64,000 nt of DNA from the NCBI GenBank assembly GCA_016716965.1, contig JADJUP010000026.1, positions 56,604 through 120,603 of the forward strand, in the 5' to 3' direction. The notes under the pieces are model-generated. The model did not search any database and was not told the DNA's origin. It was given only the letters and a program-made list of their open reading frames with translations. Positions 29,846 to 39,368 of this stretch are shown in pieces. The translations under genes were made by a program, and so were the position numbers. The stretch comes from Sulfuritalea sp. Its GTDB lineage: Bacteria; Pseudomonadota; Gammaproteobacteria; Burkholderiales; Rhodocyclaceae. How positions within the stretch are numbered: the stretch's first letter is position 1; the number at the start of each line of letters is the position of its first letter.

Positions 29846-31123
29846 TTGATTTCGGATTTCATCAGCGATTCACTACGCACCACGGCACTGGGTGCCGCAA
29901 TGAAGGGTGCCGGTTTGGCCGTGCGCTTCCTGCCCATACCGCAGCCGACGATCCTGGTCGGGCCGGGTGCCAGCGGACGGCTTGGGCAAACCATCGCCGG
30001 CTTCGGCCACCGCAAGATCCTCATCGTCACCGACAGCATCATTTCCAAGCTGGGCCTGCTCGATGACCTGACCTCGGCCCTGACGGCGGGCGGCGCGGAG
30101 TACGTGGTCTTCGATTCGATCACGCCCGATGCGCCGATTCCGCTGATCGAGGAGGGCATCGACTTCTATGAGGCGAACGACTGCGATGCCATCGTGGCCT
30201 TCGGCGGCGGGTCTTCGATGGATGCCTCCAAGGCCATCGCCGCGGCGGTTTCCAATCCCGGCAAGTCGCTGCGCGAGCTGGCCGGCTATTTCAAGGGCCT
30301 GCATACGCCGGTCAAGATCTACGCCGTTCCCACCACCGCGGGCACCGGCTCGGAGGTGACCGTTGCCGCGGTGATCTCGGACCCGGAACGCCATGCCAAG
30401 CTGGTGATCGTCGATACGCGACTGGTGCCGAAGATGGCGGCGCTCGACCCCTGCCTGATGACCGGGCTGCCGCCGCACATCACCGCGGCGACGGGCATCG
30501 ACGCCCTGACCCACGCCATCGAATCCTTCATCGGCAAGTGGGCCAATTCCTACACGGATGACATGGCCCTGTCGGCCGTCGGGCTGATATTCGACAATCT
30601 GCGGGTGGCCTATAGCGACGGCAAGAACCTCGCCGCACGGGAAAAGATGGCCCTGGCCGCCACCTATGCGGGGCTTGCCTTCACGCGGGCCAACGTCGGC
30701 TATGTGCATGCGATCGCGCACCAGTTCGGCGGCAGGTACCACACCCCGCACGGACTGGCCAACGCCATCATGCTGCCGCTGGTCCTCAAGTACTCGCTGC
30801 CGGCCGTCACCGACCGCCTGGCCCTGCTGGCGGTGCGCGCCAGGCTCGGCAAGGAAAGCGAAGGGGAAGATGCGCTGGCGCAGAAGTTCCTCGACGCGGT
30901 CGTGCAACTCAATAGCGACCTCGGCATCCCGACCTGCCTCGCCGCGCTGAAGGAATCCGACATTCCGCAATTGGCCGAGGCCGCCTGTCGCGAGGCTCAC
31001 ACCGGCTATCCGGTGCCGCGCTACATGACGCAGGCGCAGTGCGAGGATCTGATTCGCCAGGTGCTGCCGCCGGCGCCGGCGGCGCCGAAGAAGCCGGTCC
31101 GGCGTCGCAAGAAGCCGGAGTAG
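29846..31123 (+). CDS. Iron-containing alcohol dehydrogenase
   Basis: GGGSSMD, PTTAGTGSE, DALTHAIE, HAIAHQ, HGLANA; TTG start after a GAGGAG RBS (alternative ATG at 29900). Confidence 0.9.
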   Translation: MISDFISDSLRTTALGAAMKGAGLAVRFLPIPQPTILVGPGASGRLGQTIAGFGHRKILIVTDSIISKLGLLDDLTSALTAGGAEYVVFDSITPDAPIPLIEEGIDFYEANDCDAIVAFGGGSSMDASKAIAAAVSNPGKSLRELAGYFKGLHTPVKIYAVPTTAGTGSEVTVAAVISDPERHAKLVIVDTRLVPKMAALDPCLMTGLPPHITAATGIDALTHAIESFIGKWANSYTDDMALSAVGLIFDNLRVAYSDGKNLAAREKMALAATYAGLAFTRANVGYVHAIAHQFGGRYHTPHGLANAIMLPLVLKYSLPAVTDRLALLAVRARLGKESEGEDALAQKFLDAVVQLNSDLGIPTCLAALKESDIPQLAEAACREAHTGYPVPRYMTQAQCEDLIRQVLPPAPAAPKKPVRRRKKPE

Positions 31124-31182
31124 GTCTGTCATCCTGCAGCAAACACGAACATTGGTCGAACAATAAGACGAGGAATGATGTG

Positions 31183-33501
31183 ATGAAAAAAGTCGTTACC
31201 GTGACCCTGGGGTCGTCGAAAAAGGATTTCGAATTCAAGACGAAGTTCCTCGGCCAGGAATTCCAGGTGCGGCGCTTCGGCGCTGACAAGGACAGCAGCA
31301 AGGCCTGGGAGCTGATGCGACGCCAGCAGGCCAATGCCGATGCCATCGCCCTGAGCGACATGCCCGACCACTACCACGTCGGCTTGCGCACGGTGATCAA
31401 CAAGAAGTCGCAGCATCTGATGCAGGTCGTCACGCGGGTACCTGTCACCACGGGCGCCAGCCTGCGGCGGCTGCTGCAAGTGCGTGCCGTGCGCTACGTG
31501 CAGAAGGAGCTGGGTCGTTACTTCGACAATAACCTGGTCCTGTTCCTCTCCGGAATGCGCAATTACGACATGGCGGTGGCCCTGTCCGACTACACCAGGA
31601 ACCTCAGCTTTGCCGATCCTGTCTTCCATGCCGCTTCTCCCGTGCTGCTGAGTTCGCTCGATCAGCTCGAACTTTTCGCCAAGGGCAAGGAACTCCTTCC
31701 GGACGGCGTGCCGGGAGACTTCCTGAAGTCCGTTCTGGGTACGCTGAAGAACAAGATCGTGGCCAACGCCGTGGCCAAGTCCCATGTCATCGTCGGCACC
31801 TTCCGCGAAATCCAGGCCGTTGCCGCCGGCGGCAACCTGGAAGGCAAGACGCTGATCACCTCGGCTGTCGATGACGAGGCGTTTGCCTTTTTCGCCAAGC
31901 ACAAGGTCAACCTTGCGGTGGATGTCTCGCCCAAGCTCTTCGATCAGGTGGTCGGCATCAGCACCATCACTGCCATGATTCTCGCGGCCACCGGAAAGTC
32001 GGAAGCGGAACTCACCGACCATGATTTCGAGGAGATACTCCACGAGCTCGACATCAAGCCGCGCCTGCTCCATCCCACCGGACATTTCCGCAACATTCGC
32101 CGCTTCGCCTTCGTGGTCCATCCGCTGAGCCAGGAGTACATCAAGAAGGGCTTCCCGCTGCCCAAGGGCACGCCCAAGTTCATCATGGACAAGGTGGAAA
32201 CGCTCGCCGCCTACATGCCGCCGATGGTGTATTGCAAGATGAGCAACATCGTCTCGCCCACCGGCGCCGAGGCTGAAGGCTGGCTGATTTCCGTGGGTGG
32301 CACACCCAAGGAAATGCTCTCGCACAGCCCCGAGTTCACCTACCGGCGCCTGCTTCACGCGGCGAAGATCGCCGAAGGCCTGGGCGCCCAGATCATGGGC
32401 CTTGGGGCCTTCACCAAGGTCGTCGGCGATGCAGGCATCACCGTGGCGCGACGCGCGAGCATTCCGATCACCACCGGCAACAGCTACTCCGCATCCGGCG
32501 CGCTCTGGGCGGCGGCCGACGCCATGCGCCGCATGGGCCTGATCAAGCCGACCAAGGATTCGAAACGGGTGCCGGCGAAGACCATGGTGATCGGCGCCAC
32601 TGGCTCCATCGGTTCGGTCAGCGCCCGCCTGCTGGCCATGGCCTTCGACGAAGTGGTGATCGCCGGGCGCGACATCAAGAAGCTCAATGAGCTGCGCGAT
32701 TCGATCCTGCAGGACACGCCCGATGCCAAGGTCATCTCATCCACGGATTATGACAGCCTGCTTGGCGACATGGACATGATCGTCACTTCGACCTCGGGTG
32801 CCGGCAAGAAGATCCTGGATATCACCAAGGTCAAGCCTGGCTGCGTGATCACCGACGTGGCACGCCCCCTCGATCTGCCGCCCTCGGAGGTGGCCAAGCG
32901 CCCGGATGTGCTGGTGATCGAATCGGGTGAGATCGAATTGCCGACGCCGGTCAAGGGCATGAAGTCGATCGGCTTGCCGAAGAATGTCATCTACGCCTGC
33001 CTGGCGGAGACAATCGTCCTGGCGCTGGAGGGACGCTTCGAGGTATTTACCATCGGTCGCGATACCGAATGGGAGAAGGTCAAGGAGATCTACAAGCTCG
33101 GCATCAAGCACGGCATGAAGCTGGCGGCGATATCGGGTGTCAAGGGTGTCTACACGGACGAAGATATTGCCAAGGTAGTGGCCCTCGCAAGAAAGGCGCG
33201 ATCAACCTGGAAGGGTTCCAGCGCCGTTTCTGCTGCCAAGGCGCCGGCGAAGAAATCCGCGGCGAGCAAGGCCGTGGCCAAGGAGAAGAAGGTCACGGAA
33301 GCCAAGGCTCCCGCGAAGAAGGCCACGACAAAAAAGGCCGTAGCCAAGAAGTCCACGGAAGCGAAGGCTCCGGCGAAGAAGGCCGTGCCAACCAAGGCTT
33401 CCGCCAAGATCGTGGTTGCGGCGAAGAAACGGGCTTCTGGTCCGGCACCGGCAAAGAACGCTGCCGGCGCCGCAAGCGGGAAGAAAAAGGCGTCGACATA
33501 A
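31183..33501 (+). CDS. Three-part dehydrogenase: unknown N-terminal domain + acyl-ACP reductase-like domain + Lys/Ala-rich tail
   Basis: GLGAFTKVV, TTGNSYS, GATGSIG, YACLAETIVLALEG align by eye with cyanobacterial AAR (LGGFTSII, TTGNTHT, GATGDIG, FACFAEAMLLEFEG). Confidence 0.75.
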   Translation: MKKVVTVTLGSSKKDFEFKTKFLGQEFQVRRFGADKDSSKAWELMRRQQANADAIALSDMPDHYHVGLRTVINKKSQHLMQVVTRVPVTTGASLRRLLQVRAVRYVQKELGRYFDNNLVLFLSGMRNYDMAVALSDYTRNLSFADPVFHAASPVLLSSLDQLELFAKGKELLPDGVPGDFLKSVLGTLKNKIVANAVAKSHVIVGTFREIQAVAAGGNLEGKTLITSAVDDEAFAFFAKHKVNLAVDVSPKLFDQVVGISTITAMILAATGKSEAELTDHDFEEILHELDIKPRLLHPTGHFRNIRRFAFVVHPLSQEYIKKGFPLPKGTPKFIMDKVETLAAYMPPMVYCKMSNIVSPTGAEAEGWLISVGGTPKEMLSHSPEFTYRRLLHAAKIAEGLGAQIMGLGAFTKVVGDAGITVARRASIPITTGNSYSASGALWAAADAMRRMGLIKPTKDSKRVPAKTMVIGATGSIGSVSARLLAMAFDEVVIAGRDIKKLNELRDSILQDTPDAKVISSTDYDSLLGDMDMIVTSTSGAGKKILDITKVKPGCVITDVARPLDLPPSEVAKRPDVLVIESGEIELPTPVKGMKSIGLPKNVIYACLAETIVLALEGRFEVFTIGRDTEWEKVKEIYKLGIKHGMKLAAISGVKGVYTDEDIAKVVALARKARSTWKGSSAVSAAKAPAKKSAASKAVAKEKKVTEAKAPAKKATTKKAVAKKSTEAKAPAKKAVPTKASAKIVVAAKKRASGPAPAKNAAGAASGKKKAST
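33235..33405 (+). repeat. Degenerate in-frame tandem repeats encoding KAPAKK...(K)AVAK...TEA units
   Basis: Three AAGGC(G/T)CC(G/C)GCGAAGAA copies spaced about 60-66 bp apart. Confidence 0.8.
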
Positions 33502-33596
33502 GCGTCGCTCCCCCGCGGTTCGACACGTGCCGCGGGCTCCCGCCGGCGGCATCACGTGCCGGGAATGGTGGCGGGCGCGTTCTGGAGGATGCCCCC

Positions 33597-33684
33597 GAGG
33601 TCATTAGTGTGACCTCTCTAATGCGAGTCGATAGACTTGATCGGATGGTGGGCAAAGCGTCCGCCCGGGCCTTGACTTCAAGGC
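33597..33684. promoter_or_regulatory. Inverted repeats upstream of the phasin gene (candidate operators)
   Basis: GAGGTCA-N6-TGACCTC (33597-33616) and GCCTTGA-CT-TCAAGGC (33669-33684). Confidence 0.4.
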
Positions 33685-33714
33685 TGCCAGGATCAATTCA
33701 ATCAGGAGATTGTT

Positions 33715-34200
33715 ATGGTGAAGAAACTCGTGGTAAAGAAGCTGAAGGCCATCAGCGAAGACAGTCAGCTTTCCGCAACCATTCGTGAATCGGCCCAGCA
33801 GATCTGGCTGGCCGGACTTGGCGCTTTTGCCAAGGCACAGCAGGAAGGCAACAAGGTTTTTGACGCGCTGATTCGCGAAGGCGAGGCGATCCAGAAAAAG
33901 ACCCGCAAGGTTACCGAGGACAGGGTCACCGAAATGGCGGCCAAGGCGACCGGGACCTGGGACAAGCTGGAGCAGGTTTTCGAGAATCGCGTCGCTCGTT
34001 CGCTGAACAGCCTGGGCGTACCGACCAAAGCCGATGTCGAACAACTGGCGAAGCGCGTGGCCGAGCTCAAGGCCGAGGTCGAAAAGCTCAATGGCGGCGC
34101 CCCGAAAGCTGCGAAGGCCAAGCCCGTTGCAGCGAAGCCGGTACGCCGCGCAGCGCCAAAAGCAGCGCCGAAGGCGGCCCCCAAGAGCGCTGCAACCTGA
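33715..34200 (+). CDS. phaF: Granule-associated phasin, PhaF/PhaI family, with AKP/AAPK tail
   Basis: SAQQIWLAGLGAFAKAQQEGNKVFDALIREGE, WDKLEQVFENRVARSLNSLGVP. Confidence 0.85.
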   Translation: MVKKLVVKKLKAISEDSQLSATIRESAQQIWLAGLGAFAKAQQEGNKVFDALIREGEAIQKKTRKVTEDRVTEMAAKATGTWDKLEQVFENRVARSLNSLGVPTKADVEQLAKRVAELKAEVEKLNGGAPKAAKAKPVAAKPVRRAAPKAAPKAAPKSAAT

Positions 34201-34291
34201 CGCCGGTGCGGGCAGCAAATGCCCGTCCACCTAGGCGGTGGCGGCCAATGAGGCATGGTTGCGGAGCGATGGCGGAACGGGGACGAAAGCC

Positions 34292-35521
34292 GTGAAGAGA
34301 CCGTCGGGCAAGGCTCTGGCCCTCGCCGGTGGTGGCCCGCTCGGTGCCATCTACGAGATCGGTGCGTTGATGGCATTGTCCGAGGCGCTCGACGGGTTCG
34401 ATTTCACCGACCTCGATGCCTATGTGGGCGTGAGTGCAGGCAGTTTCATTGCCGCCGGCCTGGCCAACGGACTTGGTCCTGCCTACCTGTACCGGATGTT
34501 CATAGACAGCGATTCAGCCGAGGTTCCCTTCGAACCCGAGATGCTGTTGCGACCGGCCCTCGACGAATACGCGCGGCGGGTGTCGACGATACCGGCGCTG
34601 CTTGCTGAGTCGCTCGTGGAGTACCTGCGCAGTCCGTTGCGCCGGGATTTCCTGGCTTCCTTCCAGCGCTTGTCGCAGGCGATTCCGACCGGCCTGTTCA
34701 ACAATGCCGGCGTCGATGATTTCCTGACCCGGCTGTTCTCGCTGCCCGGCATGACCAACGATTTCCGCCGCTTGCGTCACCGCCTGTACCTGGTGGCGAC
34801 CGACCTTGATTCGGGTACCGCGATTGCTTTCGGTGCCGAGGGTCACGACCATGTCCCCATCGCGACGGCGATACGCGCCAGCGCGGCGCTGCCCGGCCTC
34901 TTCCCGCCGGTGGAGATCGACGGTCGCTGGTATGTCGACGGTGCGCTGAAGAAGACCCTGCACGCGTCCGTGGCACTCAAGGAAGGTGCGCGTCTGGTGT
35001 TGTGCATCAATCCGCTGGTGCCCTTCGACGCCACCCATGCCGCGCACGAAAAGCACATCCGCCAGCGCAGGCTGGTCGACGGCGGTCTGCCGGTGGTACT
35101 CGCGCAAACCTTCCGCGCCATCATCCATTCGCGCATGAAGACCGGGCTGGCGAAGTACGACATCGAGTACAAGGACGCCGACGTCATCCTGTTCGAGCCG
35201 GATCGCGACGACGCCGACATGTTCTTCACCAACATGTTCAGTTACGCCGACCGCAAGCAGCTTTCCGAAAAGGCTTACCGCAAGACGCGGGAGGAACTGC
35301 TGCGGCGGGCTGACGAACTGGCGCCGAAGCTGGCGCGCCACGGCGTGTCGATCAATCACGCGGTACTGACCGATCCGCACCGATCTCTGGCGCGCCGAAT
35401 GGGGCAGCTCAAGCGGCGTCGCGCGCGGAACATGGGCCTTACGGCCCTGCGCCTGTCCGACACGCTGGACGACCTGGCGGGCGCCCTCAGGCGTTTGCGG
35501 CGCAGTCGCGTCGCTGCCTGA
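34292..35521 (+). CDS. Patatin-like phospholipase
   Basis: AGGGPLG, GVSAG, YVDGAL; start uncertain (34238 or 34292). Confidence 0.88.
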   Translation: MKRPSGKALALAGGGPLGAIYEIGALMALSEALDGFDFTDLDAYVGVSAGSFIAAGLANGLGPAYLYRMFIDSDSAEVPFEPEMLLRPALDEYARRVSTIPALLAESLVEYLRSPLRRDFLASFQRLSQAIPTGLFNNAGVDDFLTRLFSLPGMTNDFRRLRHRLYLVATDLDSGTAIAFGAEGHDHVPIATAIRASAALPGLFPPVEIDGRWYVDGALKKTLHASVALKEGARLVLCINPLVPFDATHAAHEKHIRQRRLVDGGLPVVLAQTFRAIIHSRMKTGLAKYDIEYKDADVILFEPDRDDADMFFTNMFSYADRKQLSEKAYRKTREELLRRADELAPKLARHGVSINHAVLTDPHRSLARRMGQLKRRRARNMGLTALRLSDTLDDLAGALRRLRRSRVAA

Positions 35522-35588
35522 GATGCCGGCGATGACGGGAGGATGGGGGTGGTTCTGCTATCCTCGCGACCATGGTCGAGACGGGTGA

Positions 35589-36239
35589 GTGATGGAAAAG
35601 AAACCTAAGCGCCGCACGCGAGAGCGCATCCTGGAGACGTCACTGGCGTTGTTCAACGATTTCGGCGAGCCGAACGTCACCACGCAACTCATATCCGACG
35701 AAATGGGCATAAGCCCCGGAAACCTCTATTACCACTTTCACAACAAAGACGAGATCATCGAGTCCCTGTTCGGCGATTTCGAGCGCGGCATAGAGGAAAC
35801 CCTCGGCGCGCCGTCGCGACGCCCGCCCAATGTCGAGGACATCTGGCTGTTCCTGCACCTGATCTTCGAGGGCATCTGGAGGTACCGATTCCTCTATCGC
35901 GACATCAACGAACTGCTTTCGCGCAACCGGCTGCTGGAAACGCACTTCAAGCGCATCGTGGCGCACAAGGTGAATACCGCGCGGCTGATCTGCAAGGGCC
36001 TGGTGGCGACCGGCGACATGAAGGCGACCCCGGCAGAGATCCAGGCGCTGGCGGTGAATATGACGGTGGTCGCAACCTACTGGCTGTCGTATGAGTTCGT
36101 CAGCGATCCGCGGAAGAAGATCGACGGAGAAAGCCTGTCGCGCGGCGCGTTTCAGGTCATGGCGCTCGCTGCGCCCTACCTCGTGGGGCGCTCGCGCGAA
36201 CTGTTCGAGGAAGTGTCGAAGAATTACCTGCCCGACTGA
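35589..36239 (+). CDS. TetR family regulator, PhaD-like
   Basis: TRERILETSLALFNDFGEPNVTT...GISPGNLYYHF and EDIWLFLHL..YRFLYRD resemble Pseudomonas PhaD. Confidence 0.85.
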   Translation: MMEKKPKRRTRERILETSLALFNDFGEPNVTTQLISDEMGISPGNLYYHFHNKDEIIESLFGDFERGIEETLGAPSRRPPNVEDIWLFLHLIFEGIWRYRFLYRDINELLSRNRLLETHFKRIVAHKVNTARLICKGLVATGDMKATPAEIQALAVNMTVVATYWLSYEFVSDPRKKIDGESLSRGAFQVMALAAPYLVGRSRELFEEVSKNYLPD

Positions 36240-36246
36240 GAGCCCG

Positions 36247-37044
36247 ATGAGACCTGCCACTGCAAAGCCTGCCTGGGCCAAGTTCCCGCATGCGGACAAG
36301 GCATTCATTTACGCCGGTGCCTCGCTGAAGAAGAATTGGGAACGCCTGCATCGGGGAGACCAGGAACCCTTTCCTGCCGATCCGGCCGTTCAGGAGGCAT
36401 GGCGGCTCTATCATCAGGGCGAGTTCCAGGCCGCTTGCGAGGCCGGACTTGCTGCCGGGATCGATGGCTACAACGCCGCCAACAAGGCCGCCATGATCTA
36501 CGCCACCTACCTCGAAGGCGACGAGCGGCGCAAGCTGGAAACATTCCAGGGCATTGCCGCGCGCTGTGGGGAATTGCAGCGGGCGCAGCCGAAGAACGTC
36601 AACGGGCATTACTTCCAGGCCTATGCGCTGGGCCGTTACAGCCAGGGCATCTCGGTGCTCAAGGCCCTGACCGACGGCCTCGGCGGCAGGATCAAGTCCG
36701 CACTGGAAGCGACCCTGCGCCTGGAGCCGAGACATGCCGAGGCGCATAGTGCGCTGGGCGCCTACCATGCCGAGGTCGTGGACAAGATGGGGGCCATGGT
36801 CGCCAGGCTCACTTACGGTGCGAGCAAGGAACTTGCCGTCAAGCACTTCGAGACGGCACTGAAGCTGACTCCGGATTCGGCGATCGCCTGCATCGAATAC
36901 GCCAATGCGCTAGTCATGTTGTTCGGCGACAAGCGCATGGACGACGCGATCGATCTCTACGAAAAGGCCGCAGCGGCAACCCCGGTCGAGGCCATGGAAA
37001 AGCTCGACGTCGAACTGGCGAAGTCGGAACTCGAAGACGAGTAG
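36247..37044 (+). CDS. Conserved hypothetical helical-repeat (TPR-like) protein
   Basis: Native codon usage; helical repeats (AYALGRYSQ, AHSALGAYHAE, IEYANALVML). Confidence 0.75.
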   Translation: MRPATAKPAWAKFPHADKAFIYAGASLKKNWERLHRGDQEPFPADPAVQEAWRLYHQGEFQAACEAGLAAGIDGYNAANKAAMIYATYLEGDERRKLETFQGIAARCGELQRAQPKNVNGHYFQAYALGRYSQGISVLKALTDGLGGRIKSALEATLRLEPRHAEAHSALGAYHAEVVDKMGAMVARLTYGASKELAVKHFETALKLTPDSAIACIEYANALVMLFGDKRMDDAIDLYEKAAAATPVEAMEKLDVELAKSELEDE

Positions 37045-37047
37045 AGC

Positions 37048-38643
37048 TTACGTCCGGAACCGCTTCGGTATCCGTCGCGCTGCCTTCGGCTCGAGAGTCG
37101 GCGCTGGCGACACGGCGGCTGCGGCTGACGACTTCGGCGCGACCTTGCGCCTTCCGGGTTTATGCGGTGTGACTGCCGGCACCCCGGTGACGCGACGGCC
37201 GAACAGGCTTTCTTCGGCCATTGCCGGATCGATCGGCCGATCCCATTCCAGCATGAGAAGTGCCAGCAGCATCTTTTCGAACTCGGCAGCGAACAGCGGC
37301 GTGACGGTCTCCGGGTCGGGGATGAAATGGCGGTCACTGATCAGGCTGAACTGCACCGCATCGTTGTAGCTGAGGATCGAGACTCCGACCCCGATGTCGC
37401 CCGACTGCGGCACCCAGAACATGCACTGATCGAGCCGGTTGCCGGCCAGGTAGAGCGGCTGCTTGGGGCCGGGCACGTTGGTCATCACCGCGCTGGCCTT
37501 GGCCGCCAGCATGTCGAGGAACTGCTGCTGCACCAGCTTCGGCGCAAGGCCGACGACGGCGAGGACGCCCAGCGTCAGCGGCGGCTGGAAGGAGTGCTTC
37601 AGTTCGTTCATGCGTTCGCGCACCAGGAACAGCCGCGCGAAGGGATTGGCCTCCCAGATCGGCAGCGACAGCGTGACCAGGCCGAAGCGGTTGCCCAGCG
37701 TGCCTTCGTCCCGCGCCGAGCGCAGGTTGACCGGCACCATCGCGCGCACCTCGACGCCGTCGACGGTTTCGCCCTTCTGCTGCAGATAGGCACGGAAGGC
37801 TCCGGCCACGGCCGAGAGCAGGACGTCATTGACCGAGCAGCCGAGCGCCTTGCCCAGCGCCTTGACTTCGCCCAGGGGTATCGGATCGGCCCAGGCCACG
37901 CGCTTCACGGTGCCGGTGTGGCCCTTCAGGCTGGTTGGTGAATCGGGTGGCATCGCCAGCAGCTTGGCAAGTTCGGCCAGCAGGCCGATGCCGTACTGGC
38001 CATAGGTTTGCAGACGGTCGGGGTCCTGCGCCAGGGACATGGCCTTGCTGCCCAGGTCGCTGCCGGCATGGACGGCCGAGCCCAGGGTTTCGGCCAGGGT
38101 TTCGAGCAGGCCGCGCGAAGGTTCATCGAACTCCCCGTCCTCGTCGCCGACGGGCGGTGGTGCCTTCTGCGGCGGAGCGTCGGCCGACTCGTCGGTGAGC
38201 GACAGCACCACGCCGACCAGCGCGATGCCGTCGGCGATGCTGTGGTGGATGCGGACCACCATGGCCGAGCCGCCTTCGTAGTCCTCGATCAGGTCGAAAC
38301 GCCACAGCGGCTTGCCCGGGTTCAGCGGCTGCACCGCAAGTTCGCCGGCCAGCGCCTGCAAGGCGACCTTGCCCGAGCCCCGGGGCAGGGCACGGCGGCG
38401 CAGGTGCGCGTCGATGTCGAAGTCGGGATCGTCTTCCCAGAACGCGCCGCCGACTTCCTGCACCGCGCACTGGCGGAAGCGCCGGTAGCGTCCGACAAGG
38501 CGGGCCGCGATGGTGTTGCGCAGGCGGGCGAAGTCCATGCGCCGGGCAAAGACCATGACGCCGAGGATCATCATCAGGTTGGTCGGCCGGTCCATGCGCA
38601 GCCAGGCCGTATCAACAGCAGACATTCTTTCGCGTCGGTGCAT
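37048..38643 (-). CDS. Wax ester synthase/diacylglycerol acyltransferase (WS/DGAT)
   Basis: MSAVDTAWLRMD, catalytic HHSIADG, SVNDVLL, VPVNLR, TNVPGP, SILSYND. Confidence 0.93.
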   Translation of the reverse strand: MHRRERMSAVDTAWLRMDRPTNLMMILGVMVFARRMDFARLRNTIAARLVGRYRRFRQCAVQEVGGAFWEDDPDFDIDAHLRRRALPRGSGKVALQALAGELAVQPLNPGKPLWRFDLIEDYEGGSAMVVRIHHSIADGIALVGVVLSLTDESADAPPQKAPPPVGDEDGEFDEPSRGLLETLAETLGSAVHAGSDLGSKAMSLAQDPDRLQTYGQYGIGLLAELAKLLAMPPDSPTSLKGHTGTVKRVAWADPIPLGEVKALGKALGCSVNDVLLSAVAGAFRAYLQQKGETVDGVEVRAMVPVNLRSARDEGTLGNRFGLVTLSLPIWEANPFARLFLVRERMNELKHSFQPPLTLGVLAVVGLAPKLVQQQFLDMLAAKASAVMTNVPGPKQPLYLAGNRLDQCMFWVPQSGDIGVGVSILSYNDAVQFSLISDRHFIPDPETVTPLFAAEFEKMLLALLMLEWDRPIDPAMAEESLFGRRVTGVPAVTPHKPGRRKVAPKSSAAAAVSPAPTLEPKAARRIPKRFRT

Positions 38644-38765
38644 CGTGGTCATCCTCAAATAGGCGGACATATCCCGCAAAGGGATACGGCATCCGGTGCT
38701 ATGCCCGGAGACATATAATATTCGAAGCCCAATCCGGGCAACCATTCCTTGACGGTGACGATGAC

Positions 38766-39023
38766 ATGAGCAATCTCAAGAAGAAGTTCGAAGCGGCAGC
38801 AGCCGATTCCAAGAAGCTTCCCGAGCGGCCCTCCAATGACGTGCTGTTGCAGCTTTACGCGCTTTACAAGCAGGGCAGCGAGGGCGACGTGGAGGGCAAA
38901 CGCCCGGGCTTCACCGACATGGTCGGACGCGCCAAGTATGACGCCTGGGCGGCGGTCAAGGGCACCTCGGCCGAGGACGCAATGCAGCAATACATCGATC
39001 TGGTGAAATCGCTCAAGGATTGA
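38766..39023 (+). CDS. Acyl-CoA-binding protein (ACBP)
   Basis: LLQLYALYKQGSEGD, GRAKYDAW, AMQQYIDLV. Confidence 0.92.
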   Translation: MSNLKKKFEAAAADSKKLPERPSNDVLLQLYALYKQGSEGDVEGKRPGFTDMVGRAKYDAWAAVKGTSAEDAMQQYIDLVKSLKD

Positions 39024-39072
39024 CGCGCTGTGGCGCCGTGTCGCCGGCGCCGACTTTTGTGCGCCAGGGACG

Positions 39073-39354
39073 TCAAGCCGGCCCGAAGTTCTCGTCGCAG
39101 AAGCGGTTGATTTCGTGCTCGATGCGCGGGCCAAGGGCCATCAGCAGGAAGCCGAGCTTGACGTAGATCTCGACTTCCTTCTTGCCGACTTCGATGTGTC
39201 CGGAAACGCCCATGCGCTGGAAGCGCAGGATGTCGCCCTCCCATTCGTGGTCGAGGCCGAATTCCTCGCCGAGTTCCTCGGCGATGTGCTCGGCGCCCTT
39301 GCGCGCCTTCTTGAGCGTGGTGTGGTGCGGACGGCAAACCCGGATTTCACTCAT
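39073..39354 (-). CDS. 'Polyhydroxyalkanoic acid system' family small protein
   Basis: C-terminal part of ORF 39073..39816: MSEIRVCRPHH..ARKGAEHIAEELGEEFGLDHEWEGDILRFQRMGVSG..VKLGFLL. Confidence 0.8.
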   Translation of the reverse strand: MSEIRVCRPHHTTLKKARKGAEHIAEELGEEFGLDHEWEGDILRFQRMGVSGHIEVGKKEVEIYVKLGFLLMALGPRIEHEINRFCDENFGPA

Positions 39355-39368
39355 GCGGCGGCTGCCTC

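Noticed and set aside
31183-33501. Alkane biosynthesis (AAR/ADO pathway)
   Set aside because: No aldehyde-deformylating oxygenase in the window; neighbours point to alcohols and esters
33235-34200. Repeats as CRISPR or non-coding arrays
   Set aside because: They are in-frame, degenerate and encode K/A/P-rich tails; no spacers and no cas genes
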